Below are positions 26,546 through 36,811 of a stretch of 40,522 nt of DNA, piece after piece. Numbering within the stretch: position 1 is the first letter of the stretch; each line of letters starts with the position of its first letter. The stretch is from Leptolinea sp. GTDB taxonomy: Bacteria; Chloroflexota; Anaerolineae; Anaerolineales; Anaerolineaceae. Made by a program: the position numbers and the translations under genes. The stretch lies in contig JBAWYZ010000001.1 in the NCBI GenBank assembly GCA_037143255.1, positions 1-40,522 of the forward strand. The letters run 5' to 3'. The notes beneath the pieces are model-generated. The model worked only from the letters and a program-made list of their open reading frames with translations, was not told the origin of the DNA and did not search any database.

Positions 26546-28408
26546 TTATGCTGAGTAAGAAGGCGTTCCACTGCGTTTAGGGGTTGGCGGTGGGAAGATA
26601 CTTTCAAATTCTTCTCTTGAAAGAGTCTCAACTTCCAATAAGCGGTTGGCAACTGCATCCAATTTGTCACGGTACTGATTCAGAATTTCTTTTGCCTTCT
26701 GGTAGGAATCAGCTACCAGGACTTTTACTTCTTTATCAATTTGCTGGGCAACTTCTTCGGAATAATCACGTTGCTCAGAAATCTCGCGACCGAGGAAAAT
26801 CAATTCTTCCTTCTGACCGTACACCATCGGTCCGAGTTTTTCGCTCATTCCCAGGCGGGTGATCATCGTGCGGGCTATTTTGGTTACCCGCTCAATATCG
26901 TTGGAAGCGCCAGAAGTAATGTCATCAAAGACGATTTCCTCTGCAGCCCGGCCACCCAGTAAGCCGATAATATCGGCCATCAATTTCTTCTTCGGCGTAA
27001 GTGTACGGTCCTCCGAGGGGAGCGCCAGTGTATAACCTGCGGCCATTCCGCGGGCAATGATCGAGACTTTCTGAACAGGGTCTGCTTCAGGAAGTGAATT
27101 CATGACAACAGCATGGCCGGCTTCGTGGTAGGCCACAATCTTTTTCTCTTCTACACTGATGAGACGGCTTTTCCGCTCGGGTCCGGCAATGACACGTTCT
27201 ATGGATTCTTCAAATTCAGATTGGCCAACCATTGTTTTATTGCGTCGTGCAGCCAGAATAGCAGATTCGTTTACCAGATTTTCAAGGTCAGCGCCTACAA
27301 ATCCCGGTGTCGCTCTGGCAATAAGACTTAAATCAACCACTGGATCCAAGGGTTTGCCCTTGACATGTACTTTTAAGATAGCTTCCCGGCCGCGAACATC
27401 CGGACGGTCTAACACGACGCGCCGGTCGAACCGACCTGGGCGAAGTAAAGCAGGGTCAAGAATGTCTGGTCGGTTGGTAGCTGCCATAATGATGACATTC
27501 GTATCGGTATCGAAACCATCCATTTCAACCAGCATCTGGTTCAAGGTTTGTTCCCGTTCATCGTGGCTGCCGCCAAGTCCGGCGCCGCGTTGACGGCCTA
27601 CGGCATCAATTTCATCTACGAAGACAATACACGGTGAATGACGTTTTGCCTGCTCAAAAAGATCACGAACCCGACTGGCGCCAACGCCAACAAACATTTC
27701 GACAAATTCAGACCCAGATATGGAGAAAAAGGGTACGCCAGCTTCTCCGGAAACAGCTTTCGCCAGCAGGGTTTTGCCGGTTCCCGGAGGCCCAACAAGC
27801 AATACGCCTTTGGGAATGCGGGCGCCCAGTTGAATGAATTTTTGTGGTTCGCGTAAAAATTCCACCACTTCCTGGAGTTCTTCTTTGGATTCATCCACAC
27901 CGGCAACATCTGCAAAGGTTACAGTCGGCTGATCACCGGTGAACATTCTTGCCTTGGATTTTCCAAACGACATGGCGGCGTTATTGCTGCCTTGAGCCTG
28001 GCGGAAAATAAAGAAGAAAGCGCCCGCCAGGAAAAGAATAGGCAGGAAGTAACCTAGCGCAGTTAGGATACCCATTAAGGCACTGGGTGGTTTAACCTCA
28101 ATTTGAACAAAATCTGGAGAGAGTTGGGAGGGGGAAACGCCCAGCGCTGCCAATTGTTCTATCAGGGTAGAGTTCGTCTCTTTTGTAGCCGTTGAGGGCT
28201 TTTGCGCTTCGTCTTTGTAGGTAATCGTTAATTTGTTTTCATCGACAACGATTTTGGCAATTTTACCACTTTGAATTTCGGAAGCCACCTGATTAATTGT
28301 GAGAACACCCGAGGCGCCAGAATTTTGACTGAAGCTGTACCAAACCATTGCAATGATGGCAATAAATAGCAACAGGTAAATCACATAAGATTGATTGCGA
28401 GAATTCAC
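26546..28408 (-). CDS. ftsH: ATP-dependent zinc metalloprotease FtsH
   Basis: Two TM helices, [43 protein letters not shown] start with GGAGG. Confidence 0.98.
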   Translation of the reverse strand: MNSRNQSYVIYLLLFIAIIAMVWYSFSQNSGASGVLTINQVASEIQSGKIAKIVVDENKLTITYKDEAQKPSTATKETNSTLIEQLAALGVSPSQLSPDFVQIEVKPPSALMGILTALGYFLPILFLAGAFFFIFRQAQGSNNAAMSFGKSKARMFTGDQPTVTFADVAGVDESKEELQEVVEFLREPQKFIQLGARIPKGVLLVGPPGTGKTLLAKAVSGEAGVPFFSISGSEFVEMFVGVGASRVRDLFEQAKRHSPCIVFVDEIDAVGRQRGAGLGGSHDEREQTLNQMLVEMDGFDTDTNVIIMAATNRPDILDPALLRPGRFDRRVVLDRPDVRGREAILKVHVKGKPLDPVVDLSLIARATPGFVGADLENLVNESAILAARRNKTMVGQSEFEESIERVIAGPERKSRLISVEEKKIVAYHEAGHAVVMNSLPEADPVQKVSIIARGMAAGYTLALPSEDRTLTPKKKLMADIIGLLGGRAAEEIVFDDITSGASNDIERVTKIARTMITRLGMSEKLGPMVYGQKEELIFLGREISEQRDYSEEVAQQIDKEVKVLVADSYQKAKEILNQYRDKLDAVANRLLEVETLSREEFESIFPPPTPKRSGTPSYSA

Positions 28409-28454
28409 TTATACCTCCAACAATGGAAAAGAATCTTCTTTCCAAAGGAACCTT

Positions 28455-28463
28455 ATTATACCA
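28455..28463 (-). promoter_or_regulatory. Extended -10 promoter of ftsH
   Basis: TGgTATAAT ~45 nt upstream of the start codon. Confidence 0.55.
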
Positions 28464-28464
28464 A

Positions 28465-28494
28465 TCTCCATCCGCTGATGGTAGCAGATGGAGA
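28465..28494 (-). terminator. Stem-loop downstream of ndk (no clear U tail)
   Basis: Minus strand TCTCCATCTGCT-ACCATC-AGCGGATGGAGA. Confidence 0.45.
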
Positions 28495-28526
28495 CTGAAT
28501 GTCTAACATTTAGTATATGAATATTA

Positions 28527-28982
28527 TTAATTTTTACCGAAAATCCATTCGTCGTTTGACCGCTGCCATTCTACCAGCTCAGCCGGGGAGAACCACAGGG
28601 AAATCTCGGTTTCGGCGTTTTCAATTGAATCGGAAGCGTGGGTCAGGTTTCTACCAACTTCCAGGGCATAATCATGCCGGATGCTGCCCGGAGCGGCTTC
28701 CCAGGGACGAGTAGCTCCCATCGTTTGCCGGACTGCTGCTACCGCATTGGTGCCCATCCATACCATTGCCATTACGGGCGCTGAGGTTATATAACTGATT
28801 AATCCGGCGTAAAAATCTTTGCCTTTGTGAACAGCATAATGTTTTTCTGCCAATTCAGTTGAAATTGCTACGAATTTAGCGCCAGTTAATTTGAGGCCGC
28901 GTTTTTCAAATCTTGAGATTACTTCACCCATTAACCCGCGCTGAACACCATCGGGTTTAACGAGCACAAAAGTGCGTTCCAT
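28527..28982 (-). CDS. ndk: Nucleoside diphosphate kinase
   Basis: ERTFVLVKPDGVQRGL, APGSIRHDY, RNLTHASDS (catalytic His). Confidence 0.97.
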   Translation of the reverse strand: MERTFVLVKPDGVQRGLMGEVISRFEKRGLKLTGAKFVAISTELAEKHYAVHKGKDFYAGLISYITSAPVMAMVWMGTNAVAAVRQTMGATRPWEAAPGSIRHDYALEVGRNLTHASDSIENAETEISLWFSPAELVEWQRSNDEWIFGKN

Positions 28983-29012
28983 GATATCTCCAAAAGTAGT
29001 GATAATTACGGC

Positions 29013-32000
29013 TTATTTTAACAGATCGGCTGCCTTTGCATAGGCATCCAGCGCTTCTTGAATTCGGTTAGACCGCAGGCGGGCATCCCCATAGGTTTGC
29101 CAGGCCAGATAATTCTTGGGATTCTTTCGAACCAGGACTTTCAAATCAATGGAAACTTGATCCAGAGATTTATTGGCATTCACTAATTTAATATAGCGGC
29201 GTAAAGCTGCAATTACATCCCCGCGAGCTACTGCCTCCCGGGCTTGAGCTAAATCGGCAACGCCGGCGCTGGGCTTGTGAATAGGTTGGGAGACAGGTTT
29301 TGGTTTAGCAATTCTGCGAACCGGTTTCTTCGGTTCAGGGGACTGAATTGGCTTGACCGGGCGTGGGGGAGCTGGTTTTTCAATAATGACCGGTTTCATT
29401 TCAGGAATGATCTGTTTGACGGGTTTTCCCTCGGGAATGGGTTGAACAACGGGTTTCGCTGCCGGAATGAACTGTTTGATGGGCTTTTCCGCAGGAATGG
29501 GTTGAACAACGGGTTGCTCTTCCGGCATGAATAGCGTGACGGGTTCTTCCGCAGGAATGGGTTGAATAGTTGGTTGCTCTTCCGGAATAAACTGGAAATC
29601 AGGAGTTTTTTGGGCTACTTCAATTTGAGGAATTTCCACATCCATGAACGGTTGAATATCTTCAACCAGGGATATCGTTCCGGCTGGATGGACATCTTCA
29701 AAATCCATAACCGATTCAAACGATTTGATTTCTTCGGCAGAGATATCGGTTTCAGTTTCTTTTTCTTTTTCTAGAGACAGCTCTTCTGCAGGGGCTAAAT
29801 CAGGTTCGATTGCATCAAACTGGATTTCTGGTTCCGGCTGAGGTTCGCTAATTGCAGGCATTTCTTCAGGCTGTGCAGGTAATTCTGCCACCGGAAGTTC
29901 ATTTTCACTTTCCTGGTCAGATTGAAAATCAGACGGGGAAAAGACATCAAAGGGATTGAAGGCAGATACAACAGGGGCATCTTCTTCAAGCGGATAGGTA
30001 TGAATTTCTTTATCACTATCTTCGCGTAATAGTGCAGCCAGGTCGGCCGGCAGGCTTTCAGCCGGCATGGCTTTTGAAAAGTCAAGATTATCTTCAAGCG
30101 GCTCCCGGTCTTCCTGGAGAAAATCGACAGGTTGAGGCTGAAGTAAACCGTCGTTTTGCTCTTGATCTACAGTATCACTGGGTTTAACTTGTGAATAATC
30201 AGAAGATTCAACGCTTTCTGAAAAACCAACCACATCTGGTGCGACCTCTTTCAACCAATCTGGAGTTGGTTGAATGGTGACAGGCGCTTCCAGTTCTATG
30301 GGGGCAGTGTCTTCTTCATTCGTTTCAGACGTAAATAGCCAATCCGGGACATTTGGAACAGAAATGGGTGAGGTTGGAGCAGAAACCTGAGGTTCTTCTA
30401 CTTCATCTTTTTTCAGGTCATCCATCCAACTGGGGGTTGCCTCAGTTGAAGGCGGTGGTACGGTGGATTTTTTATCATTTTCGAATAAAGCTTCCATATC
30501 GCTGCCGAGGTTTTCAGATTTAAGCCAATCCGGTTGTTCACCCGGAGAAACGTCTTTACGCAATTGTTCGAGATATTGTTCAACCTCAGCGGTCGGGATT
30601 TCATTTTCAGTTTGAGAATCCGATTGCACTGAGGCAACTTGCTCGGTTGAGAATTGATATTCATCGAGTGATAAAACGTTTTTTATTTCAGGTTCTAATG
30701 GAGGTTCAGGGACAATATTTTGTTTGGAATTTCCGATGACAGGTGGTTCCACGGTGCTTTCGACCGCCGATTTTAGCCATTCGGGTACTTCTCGGGTGGG
30801 CTCAATCGGAACTTCTTCATCTCCTTCAACTGGGATAGGTTGGGTTGTTTCATTGGTGACCAGGAATGGATCAGTTGAAAGAATACCAGGCAGTGATTCG
30901 ACTGCCAAATTTTGGTGTATATCCGGTAGTTCTGGTGTCGCAGTCGTAGATTGCAGGGGTTCACCTGGTAGATTTCGCAAGAAATCCAGGTTTTCCTCAC
31001 CGGTCTGCAGAACCCCAGTTTCACCTGGAACGCGCAGAGGGGCTGTTATTGCATCCGAAGAGGCCGCAGGTGGTTCAGATGCAAGCGCGCGTAACCATTC
31101 AGGAATATCGCCGGGTTCTGCTACAGGAATTTGTTGACCCGCTGCAGTGAGAAATGGGGTAGCGGGTAAGTCCGATTCCGGCACCTGATCCGCTGGATTT
31201 TCTTTCTGCACTGGTAATTCGGTTTTTGGAGTTGGTTCTTCAGTTGTCATAGGCTCATCTGATTTGAATTCTTTTTCGAGAGTGGATGACATTTCCGGCA
31301 GAATTTCGGGCTGCTGGTATGGTTCATCAGATTGGAAGGTTGCAATTTCCATACCTTTCATCCAATCAGGTTGCGCTTCTTCAAAGGAATTCATTTGCTC
31401 AGATTTGAATGCATTGTGTATTTCGGGGCTTGTACCAGGTACTTCTACGGGTAGGATTTTCGCAAAAGTGTCAAAAGATTTTATTGGAAGCCTGGTTTCG
31501 CTGGTTTCAACCGTCTTTTGAATGTTTAACCCCTCCGGAATACTGATTTTCACTTCATCTTCTGGGACTTTGCTAGGATCCGGATTCGTTGTGGTGGAAA
31601 ATTCATAATACGGGTCTAGCTCGCGCAGCCGCTGTTGATAATTCTGAGCTTCTTCAATGCGGGTTGATGCAGGGGTGTTCTCAAAGAGGATTCGATTTGC
31701 CTCATAACAATAGGGAAGTTGCTGTAATATTTCCCGGCATTTTTCTAATGCATCATCTTTTTTGCCTGAATTAAGATAGGCTGTGGACTGTAATATCTTG
31801 ATATCTACTCTGGAAGGATCCTCGAGCAGGATCGCTTGAATTTCATTGAGAGCCTGGGGGATGAGATCTCCGCGAATATACATTCGAACCAATGCCCCCC
31901 GCGTAAGCCGGATTCGGGCAGTTTCAACGCCGTCACGTTGTTGATATAGCCTGCGCAGTTCGGTTTGCACCGCTGTATTGGAAGGCTGAGCCTCATTGGC

Positions 32001-32297
32001 TCTTTCCATGTGCCAGATTGTTCCATTCAGATTATTCTGTTTTTCGCGCAGCAAACTCATGCCAAGATTGGCGGTAAAGTCATCAGGAATCGAAGATAGC
32101 ACTTTTTGAAAAGTCTCTTCGGCCTGTTCGTACTCCTGTAGTTCCAGGTGAGCCTTCCCAATAAGGCGAAATGTCTCTATGCAATGCGGGTAGATAGACA
32201 GAATCTGTTGGCAATGACGCAGGGCATCTTGCGGAAGACTGTTATCAATTAGCTGTTCAATTTCCCGATTATACGCACGCAGTGAGATATTTTCCAT
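29013..32297 (-). CDS. Large TPR protein: N-terminal TPRs, long acidic Pro/Glu-rich region with P-x-W motifs, C-terminal TPR
   Basis: TPR-like helices (IGKAHLELQEYEQAEETFQKVL; YGDARLRSNRIQEALDAYAKA) and a low-complexity middle. Start moved to the ATG at 32297 (GAGGA upstream). Confidence 0.8.
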   Translation of the reverse strand: MENISLRAYNREIEQLIDNSLPQDALRHCQQILSIYPHCIETFRLIGKAHLELQEYEQAEETFQKVLSSIPDDFTANLGMSLLREKQNNLNGTIWHMERANEAQPSNTAVQTELRRLYQQRDGVETARIRLTRGALVRMYIRGDLIPQALNEIQAILLEDPSRVDIKILQSTAYLNSGKKDDALEKCREILQQLPYCYEANRILFENTPASTRIEEAQNYQQRLRELDPYYEFSTTTNPDPSKVPEDEVKISIPEGLNIQKTVETSETRLPIKSFDTFAKILPVEVPGTSPEIHNAFKSEQMNSFEEAQPDWMKGMEIATFQSDEPYQQPEILPEMSSTLEKEFKSDEPMTTEEPTPKTELPVQKENPADQVPESDLPATPFLTAAGQQIPVAEPGDIPEWLRALASEPPAASSDAITAPLRVPGETGVLQTGEENLDFLRNLPGEPLQSTTATPELPDIHQNLAVESLPGILSTDPFLVTNETTQPIPVEGDEEVPIEPTREVPEWLKSAVESTVEPPVIGNSKQNIVPEPPLEPEIKNVLSLDEYQFSTEQVASVQSDSQTENEIPTAEVEQYLEQLRKDVSPGEQPDWLKSENLGSDMEALFENDKKSTVPPPSTEATPSWMDDLKKDEVEEPQVSAPTSPISVPNVPDWLFTSETNEEDTAPIELEAPVTIQPTPDWLKEVAPDVVGFSESVESSDYSQVKPSDTVDQEQNDGLLQPQPVDFLQEDREPLEDNLDFSKAMPAESLPADLAALLREDSDKEIHTYPLEEDAPVVSAFNPFDVFSPSDFQSDQESENELPVAELPAQPEEMPAISEPQPEPEIQFDAIEPDLAPAEELSLEKEKETETDISAEEIKSFESVMDFEDVHPAGTISLVEDIQPFMDVEIPQIEVAQKTPDFQFIPEEQPTIQPIPAEEPVTLFMPEEQPVVQPIPAEKPIKQFIPAAKPVVQPIPEGKPVKQIIPEMKPVIIEKPAPPRPVKPIQSPEPKKPVRRIAKPKPVSQPIHKPSAGVADLAQAREAVARGDVIAALRRYIKLVNANKSLDQVSIDLKVLVRKNPKNYLAWQTYGDARLRSNRIQEALDAYAKAADLLK
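29388..29591 (-). repeat. In-frame 60-bp tandem repeat (~3.3 copies, 30-bp sub-period)
   Basis: GGAATGGGTTGAA recurs at 29434, 29494 and 29554. Encodes FIPEEQPTIQPIPAEEPVTL / FMPEEQPVVQPIPAEKPIKQ / FIPAAKPVVQPIPEGKPVKQ. Confidence 0.9.
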
Positions 32298-32379
32298 AAA
32301 AGCGTATCCTCTCAATTGCTTAGTATGCACTAAACAAGTGAATAATGCAAGAAAAACTGGTACTGCACAACATAATTAA

Positions 32380-32420
32380 CCACGAATACACATAAAAACA
32401 AAAAAAAATGGGTAAAAACA
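32380..32420 (+). repeat. Dispersed ~40-bp intergenic repeat, copy 2
   Basis: ccacgaatacacataaaaacaaaaaaaaatgggtaaaaaca; similar to 26371-26410. Confidence 0.6.
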
Positions 32421-32549
32421 GGGGATGCCTTATGAATAAAAAATAAATTGGTGACATTTGGTGCAATTTATCCCAATCCCATTGTTTTTTTTGGGGTTCA
32501 TTCCCGCTGGTGGAATATTCAACATACTGAGCAATTCCGAAAAAGTTAT

Positions 32550-32581
32550 AAAAAAAGGAAGCGCCAAACTGCGACGCTTCC
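32550..32581 (-). terminator. Intrinsic terminator after rpoD
   Basis: Minus strand GGAAGCGTC-GCAGTTT-GGCGCTTCC-TTTTTTT. Confidence 0.8.
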
Positions 32582-32591
32582 ATTACTGTAA

Positions 32592-33806
32592 CTATTCTCC
32601 CAAATAATCACGTAGACGACGACGGATTGTCGGGTGTCGCAAGCGGCTCAATGCTTGTGCTTCAATTTGTCGGACGCGTTCTCTTGTTACGCCCATTTTC
32701 CGGCCAACTTCCTCCAGCGTATAAGACTGGCCATCCAATAACCCGTAGCGTAATTGCAGAATTCGCACTTCACGCGGGGGAAGTGCATTTAAGACATCTT
32801 CCAGGTGCTCTTTTAACAGATTATAAGTGGCTGTCTCATCCGGAGGCGGCGCTTCATCATCCTCAATGAAATCACCCAGTACAGAATCTTCTTCGTCATC
32901 TGTTGGCGTTTCAAGTGATAGAGGACGGCGGGCAACCTGTATCATATTTTCCACCTTTTTGGGTGGAACTTCCAGCGCTTCAGCCAGCTCTTCCACAGTT
33001 GGATCACGACCTAATCGTTGGGTCAATTGGTGTTGGACCCGTAATAATTTGTTAATCTGGTCACCCATGTGAACTGGAACGCGAATCGTGCGTCCCTGAT
33101 CGGCGATTGCTCGGGTGACGGCTTGACGAATCCACCAGGTGGCGTACGTGCTGAACTTATGGCCGCGGCGGTAATCAAATTTTTTGGTAGCGCGAATTAA
33201 TCCGATATTGCCTTCTTGAATCAGGTCAAGAAATGGAACACCGCGCCCCATGTATTTTTTAGCCACAGAGATCACCAGCCGTGAGTTGGCTGTAATGAGA
33301 TGCTCACGGCCAGACCAACCATCTTCGATGAGATGACGCAGCTCCGTGCGGCGGCGGGCGCTTACGTTTCCGAGGGCTAATTCTTCGCGGGCCATGCGTC
33401 CACGTTCAATGCGTTGCGCTAATTCGACTTCTTGTTCCGCCGTCAATAGTGGAACACGGCTAACTTCTTTCAAATACAAACCGATAGAGTCATCAGTATC
33501 AATATTTGCCAGATCATCCAGAAAAGTAGATTGGCCAGAATCTTCTTCGCTGATTTCCTCTTCAAGGGTTAGCTCGCGTTCGGCTGGCTCTTCAATCGCA
33601 GTGGGTTCATCAATATAATTAATGCCAGCGCTTAAGAGAGCAGCAAAGGCTTCTTCCAGTTGCTCGACATCTTGTTCTGCTTCCGGGAAAAAATGAAGAA
33701 TATCATCAATTGTCACAAATGACTTCTGCCGACCTAACTCGATTAACCGGGCAATGGCTGAATATTCTTCATCTTCGTCAACAACATTCATAATGGCTTT
33801 TTCCAT
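32592..33806 (-). CDS. rpoD: Primary (group 1) RNA polymerase sigma-70 factor
   Basis: Region 1.1 ([12 protein letters not shown]), 1.2 ([12 protein letters not shown]), 2 ([22 protein letters not shown]), 4 ([20 protein letters not shown]). Confidence 0.93.
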   Translation of the reverse strand: MEKAIMNVVDEDEEYSAIARLIELGRQKSFVTIDDILHFFPEAEQDVEQLEEAFAALLSAGINYIDEPTAIEEPAERELTLEEEISEEDSGQSTFLDDLANIDTDDSIGLYLKEVSRVPLLTAEQEVELAQRIERGRMAREELALGNVSARRRTELRHLIEDGWSGREHLITANSRLVISVAKKYMGRGVPFLDLIQEGNIGLIRATKKFDYRRGHKFSTYATWWIRQAVTRAIADQGRTIRVPVHMGDQINKLLRVQHQLTQRLGRDPTVEELAEALEVPPKKVENMIQVARRPLSLETPTDDEEDSVLGDFIEDDEAPPPDETATYNLLKEHLEDVLNALPPREVRILQLRYGLLDGQSYTLEEVGRKMGVTRERVRQIEAQALSRLRHPTIRRRLRDYLGE

Positions 33807-33927
33807 AGAAATTTAAAATTACCTCGTCAAATAAAATTTGTAGTGATTATTCCGTGTTGCATATCGCGTTAATTAGAATACCCGTTTTTGTGCGCGATTT
33901 CAATACCCAAAAAAATATTGGATAAAA

Positions 33928-34512
33928 TTATGGTTGTAAAGTTGCTGTGGCAGGTGGCGGTAATTCGGTTGGCGATAATAATCCTTCTTTTGTAAGGAGT
34001 AAATCCAGATTCTGAATTACAGGGGTGTTGATGATGTAATAATCAGCGCCCACTTTGATATAGGTTCCGCTTTTGGTTGCTGTCTCAGAACCCAATTGAA
34101 TATCAATCGAGGCGCCGGTTGAATCTTCCAGTTTTAGTTTCCTGGATTTTTCACCCAGCCCCATGGCTGCTTCATCAGAGACTGCCTCAAGTTTTGTCAG
34201 CGGCTTGACTGTAAGTAATTCTGACATTAATTGAAATACTTTGCCAGTATCCGCAGATGCGCCATTATTTTGATCAATGCTCCATGAGTTAATGTCTTTT
34301 CCCATGCGAATGGTCAAAGCTGTACCATCGGGACTTTTGTAATCAATCAATTGGGTATTTTCGAATTTCCAATTGGCAAAAGGCCGGGAGATTTCAGTTA
34401 CTGTGGGGGTTGTTTTCCTCGCTTCTGATGTAGGAGAAAACTCAAACCACCATGCAAACACTCCAAGGAGGGCAAAAATAGCCAGCAAATAAACGGTCGA
34501 TTTTTTGACCAT
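33928..34512 (-). CDS. DUF4340-like membrane-anchored protein, partner of Gld-type ABC systems
   Basis: N-terminal TM helix, W..D..KV..L..L and MGL..L..I.LG pattern, position directly after the GldG-like gene. Confidence 0.6.
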   Translation of the reverse strand: MVKKSTVYLLAIFALLGVFAWWFEFSPTSEARKTTPTVTEISRPFANWKFENTQLIDYKSPDGTALTIRMGKDINSWSIDQNNGASADTGKVFQLMSELLTVKPLTKLEAVSDEAAMGLGEKSRKLKLEDSTGASIDIQLGSETATKSGTYIKVGADYYIINTPVIQNLDLLLTKEGLLSPTELPPPATATLQP

Positions 34513-34515
34513 AAC

Positions 34516-36060
34516 CTAACCTCGTTTTTTTCGCTGGATCCAGGTAACGATGCCGGCGACTAAAATCAACCCAGGTACGAGAAATACTGTTATTAGAAGG
34601 ATGATTCCATTGGTGAAAACTGTTGGAGGAACCAGCACCCTTTGAACATTTTCGCGCGGGGTAAGATTAAGAAGGTCTTCCTGCCCGGCAGCCCAATCAA
34701 TGGCATTGGTCAGGAGCGTTCCATTACCGTACTGGGTGAAATTGTTATCTGTGGCAAATTCAGCGTCTCCGATGATAACCAGACGGCCGTTAGTTTCTAT
34801 GTTTTTCGCAGCGATGGCAACATCAATTGGACCGATGCGATCTTTTTGCGCATCCGGTGAAACTTGTTGATTTGAAATGTTGGCGAGGTCGGTTTCTCCC
34901 CAGGATGTCTTAGAAGAGGATACCAGAGAGTACCCAACTACTTTGGCGTTTTTTTCATCGTATTGAACGGAGCGCGCCCCCGGGAAAAGAGTCACTAATC
35001 CCTGGAGTTTATTGGTTATTGGATGGTTTCCATATTTGTCGGCTATCGTTACAGTTGGCGGATTCATATTGGGATCAATCACAAGGTCATCATCCACTGT
35101 GATACCCCAGTCTGATTTCAGGTAGGCAGAGAATTTATCGTCAGCCGAGATTATCCCGCTTTCCACACTTGGATTCTTCATCCAGACAATGGCTTTACCT
35201 TTTTCAAGATAACTTTTTATCAAGGCGACTTCTTTTTCATTGAGGGCAGTTTTCTCGCCGGCGATAACAATTGCAAGAGCATCTTCAGGGATACTGGGTG
35301 AATTCAACAGGTTAAGGGTTTGGACGGTGTAGTTTTTTCCGACCAGAGCGGTTTTTGCCAAGCCGTATTTATTTTGTTCGGTGCCTTCTAATTCATATTC
35401 ACCATGCCCGGTAAGGAAATAGACATTCCGTTTGCCAGGGTTGGCCAGCCGGATAATTGCACCGGAAATTTCTTTTTCATCTGCATAGGTGACCTGTTCG
35501 CTGCGGCCATCCAGGGTTAAAACCATGGTTCCATCGCGGGTAATTTGTGCTTTTTGAGCGGCAGCCGGGTCAGCTTCTGGATCAATGAATTTGTAATCGA
35601 AGTTGCCTTTTGCGGAGGATTTATAGTTTTCCAATAACCGGACAGCATCGTCTTTCGGAAAACGCATTGAGAAATACCCGGTTACAGTTACTTTAGAAGG
35701 CAAGCTTTCGAGAATGCTTAATGATTCAGGGGTGAGGGAGTTTTGTTTACCTTCCGTCAGATCCCAGCGCTTTGTGTTGGCATATCCCAGGTAATTGATA
35801 ACAACCAGAATTCCAAGAACTGCAACTATCATTAGAAAGGCATTGGAGGTATTCTTGCCTTGCCGGCCAGTGAAAAACTCTTTGGTATTTTGAGGATCCA
35901 GCAAAACTGCCAGCGCAAAACCAAGAACAACAACGCCGATGGCAATTTGTAGCGGGAGGTTGAATTGGCGTTGCACAATGTATAACCCGAGGGCAACAGC
36001 CGCTGAAATAAGTGATAGATAAAGCCCGATAGGAGCGAGTTTTTTATAGCTCTGTTTCAT
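34516..36060 (-). CDS. GldG-like ABC transporter auxiliary component
   Basis: Three N-terminal TM helices, RWDLTEGKQNSL, VYFLTGHGE, SWGETD, GRLVIIGDAEF, NAIDW, C-terminal TM helix. ATG overlaps the permease stop (TAATG). Confidence 0.85.
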   Translation of the reverse strand: MKQSYKKLAPIGLYLSLISAAVALGLYIVQRQFNLPLQIAIGVVVLGFALAVLLDPQNTKEFFTGRQGKNTSNAFLMIVAVLGILVVINYLGYANTKRWDLTEGKQNSLTPESLSILESLPSKVTVTGYFSMRFPKDDAVRLLENYKSSAKGNFDYKFIDPEADPAAAQKAQITRDGTMVLTLDGRSEQVTYADEKEISGAIIRLANPGKRNVYFLTGHGEYELEGTEQNKYGLAKTALVGKNYTVQTLNLLNSPSIPEDALAIVIAGEKTALNEKEVALIKSYLEKGKAIVWMKNPSVESGIISADDKFSAYLKSDWGITVDDDLVIDPNMNPPTVTIADKYGNHPITNKLQGLVTLFPGARSVQYDEKNAKVVGYSLVSSSKTSWGETDLANISNQQVSPDAQKDRIGPIDVAIAAKNIETNGRLVIIGDAEFATDNNFTQYGNGTLLTNAIDWAAGQEDLLNLTPRENVQRVLVPPTVFTNGIILLITVFLVPGLILVAGIVTWIQRKKRG

Positions 36061-36791
36061 TATCGCCACCTTCTCGATTCAATCGAAACGCTTCCCAAAA
36101 ATAGTGAAAATACCGTTAGGCTTAGGAAGTAAATGATGTCTTTCAGTTCCAGAACACCCTGGTTAAAAGAGTTAAAGTAATGGTTAGTCAGCCCCAGATA
36201 CTGGAAAATCTGACCAACTGTTCCGCCGAAAGCCTGTCCAGGGAAATCTATAATCCAGAGAACCAGCAGAATACCCAATGTTGTAAAAAACACAGCGATT
36301 TGGTTGGAAAAGAGGGAAGAAGCAGCCACTCCAATAGCCACAAAGGCAGCCAATAAAAGGAGGATGCCGAGATAGCCGGTAATCAATCCACCAATCTCGA
36401 TACCGGGTGTAATAACGGTATTTAAGATCAATGGAAATACCCAGGTTATCAAGAGCATGATGGAATAGAAGAACATAGCCCCCAACCATTTGCCAACCAC
36501 TAACTCCCAATCACGGATAGGCTTGGTCATTAATACTTCCAGTGTTCCGGATTTTTGTTCATCTGCCAGCAGCCGCATGGTTATAGCAGGTGTTGTGAAC
36601 AAAAAGATAGTTACCATGGGAGCAAAAACCATTTCCATGCTGGGTACAAATTGTTGCAATGAAGCGGCATAAAAATTCGCGTAAAAAATTAGACCAAGTA
36701 CCATGAGAAAAAGAAACATGACCGCATAGGCAATTGGACTGATGAAATACTGTTTAAATTCGCGTTTGGCAATAATCCAAATATTTCTCAT
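36060..36791 (-). CDS. GldF-like ABC-2 permease
   Basis: IAKREFKQYFISPIAY, TMRLLADEQKSGTLEVLMTKP, GKWLG; six TM helices. Confidence 0.9.
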   Translation of the reverse strand: MRNIWIIAKREFKQYFISPIAYAVMFLFLMVLGLIFYANFYAASLQQFVPSMEMVFAPMVTIFLFTTPAITMRLLADEQKSGTLEVLMTKPIRDWELVVGKWLGAMFFYSIMLLITWVFPLILNTVITPGIEIGGLITGYLGILLLLAAFVAIGVAASSLFSNQIAVFFTTLGILLVLWIIDFPGQAFGGTVGQIFQYLGLTNHYFNSFNQGVLELKDIIYFLSLTVFSLFLGSVSIESRRWR

Positions 36792-36811
36792 TCAGAGACT
36801 CTCCAGTTTTG

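Noticed and set aside
29388-29591. CRISPR array
   Set aside because: Degenerate in-frame tandem units inside a CDS with no unique spacers.
32320-32583. 87-aa ORF between rpoD and the TPR gene
   Set aside because: It starts at the rpoD terminator hairpin and crosses homopolymeric A/T DNA; its composition looks non-coding.
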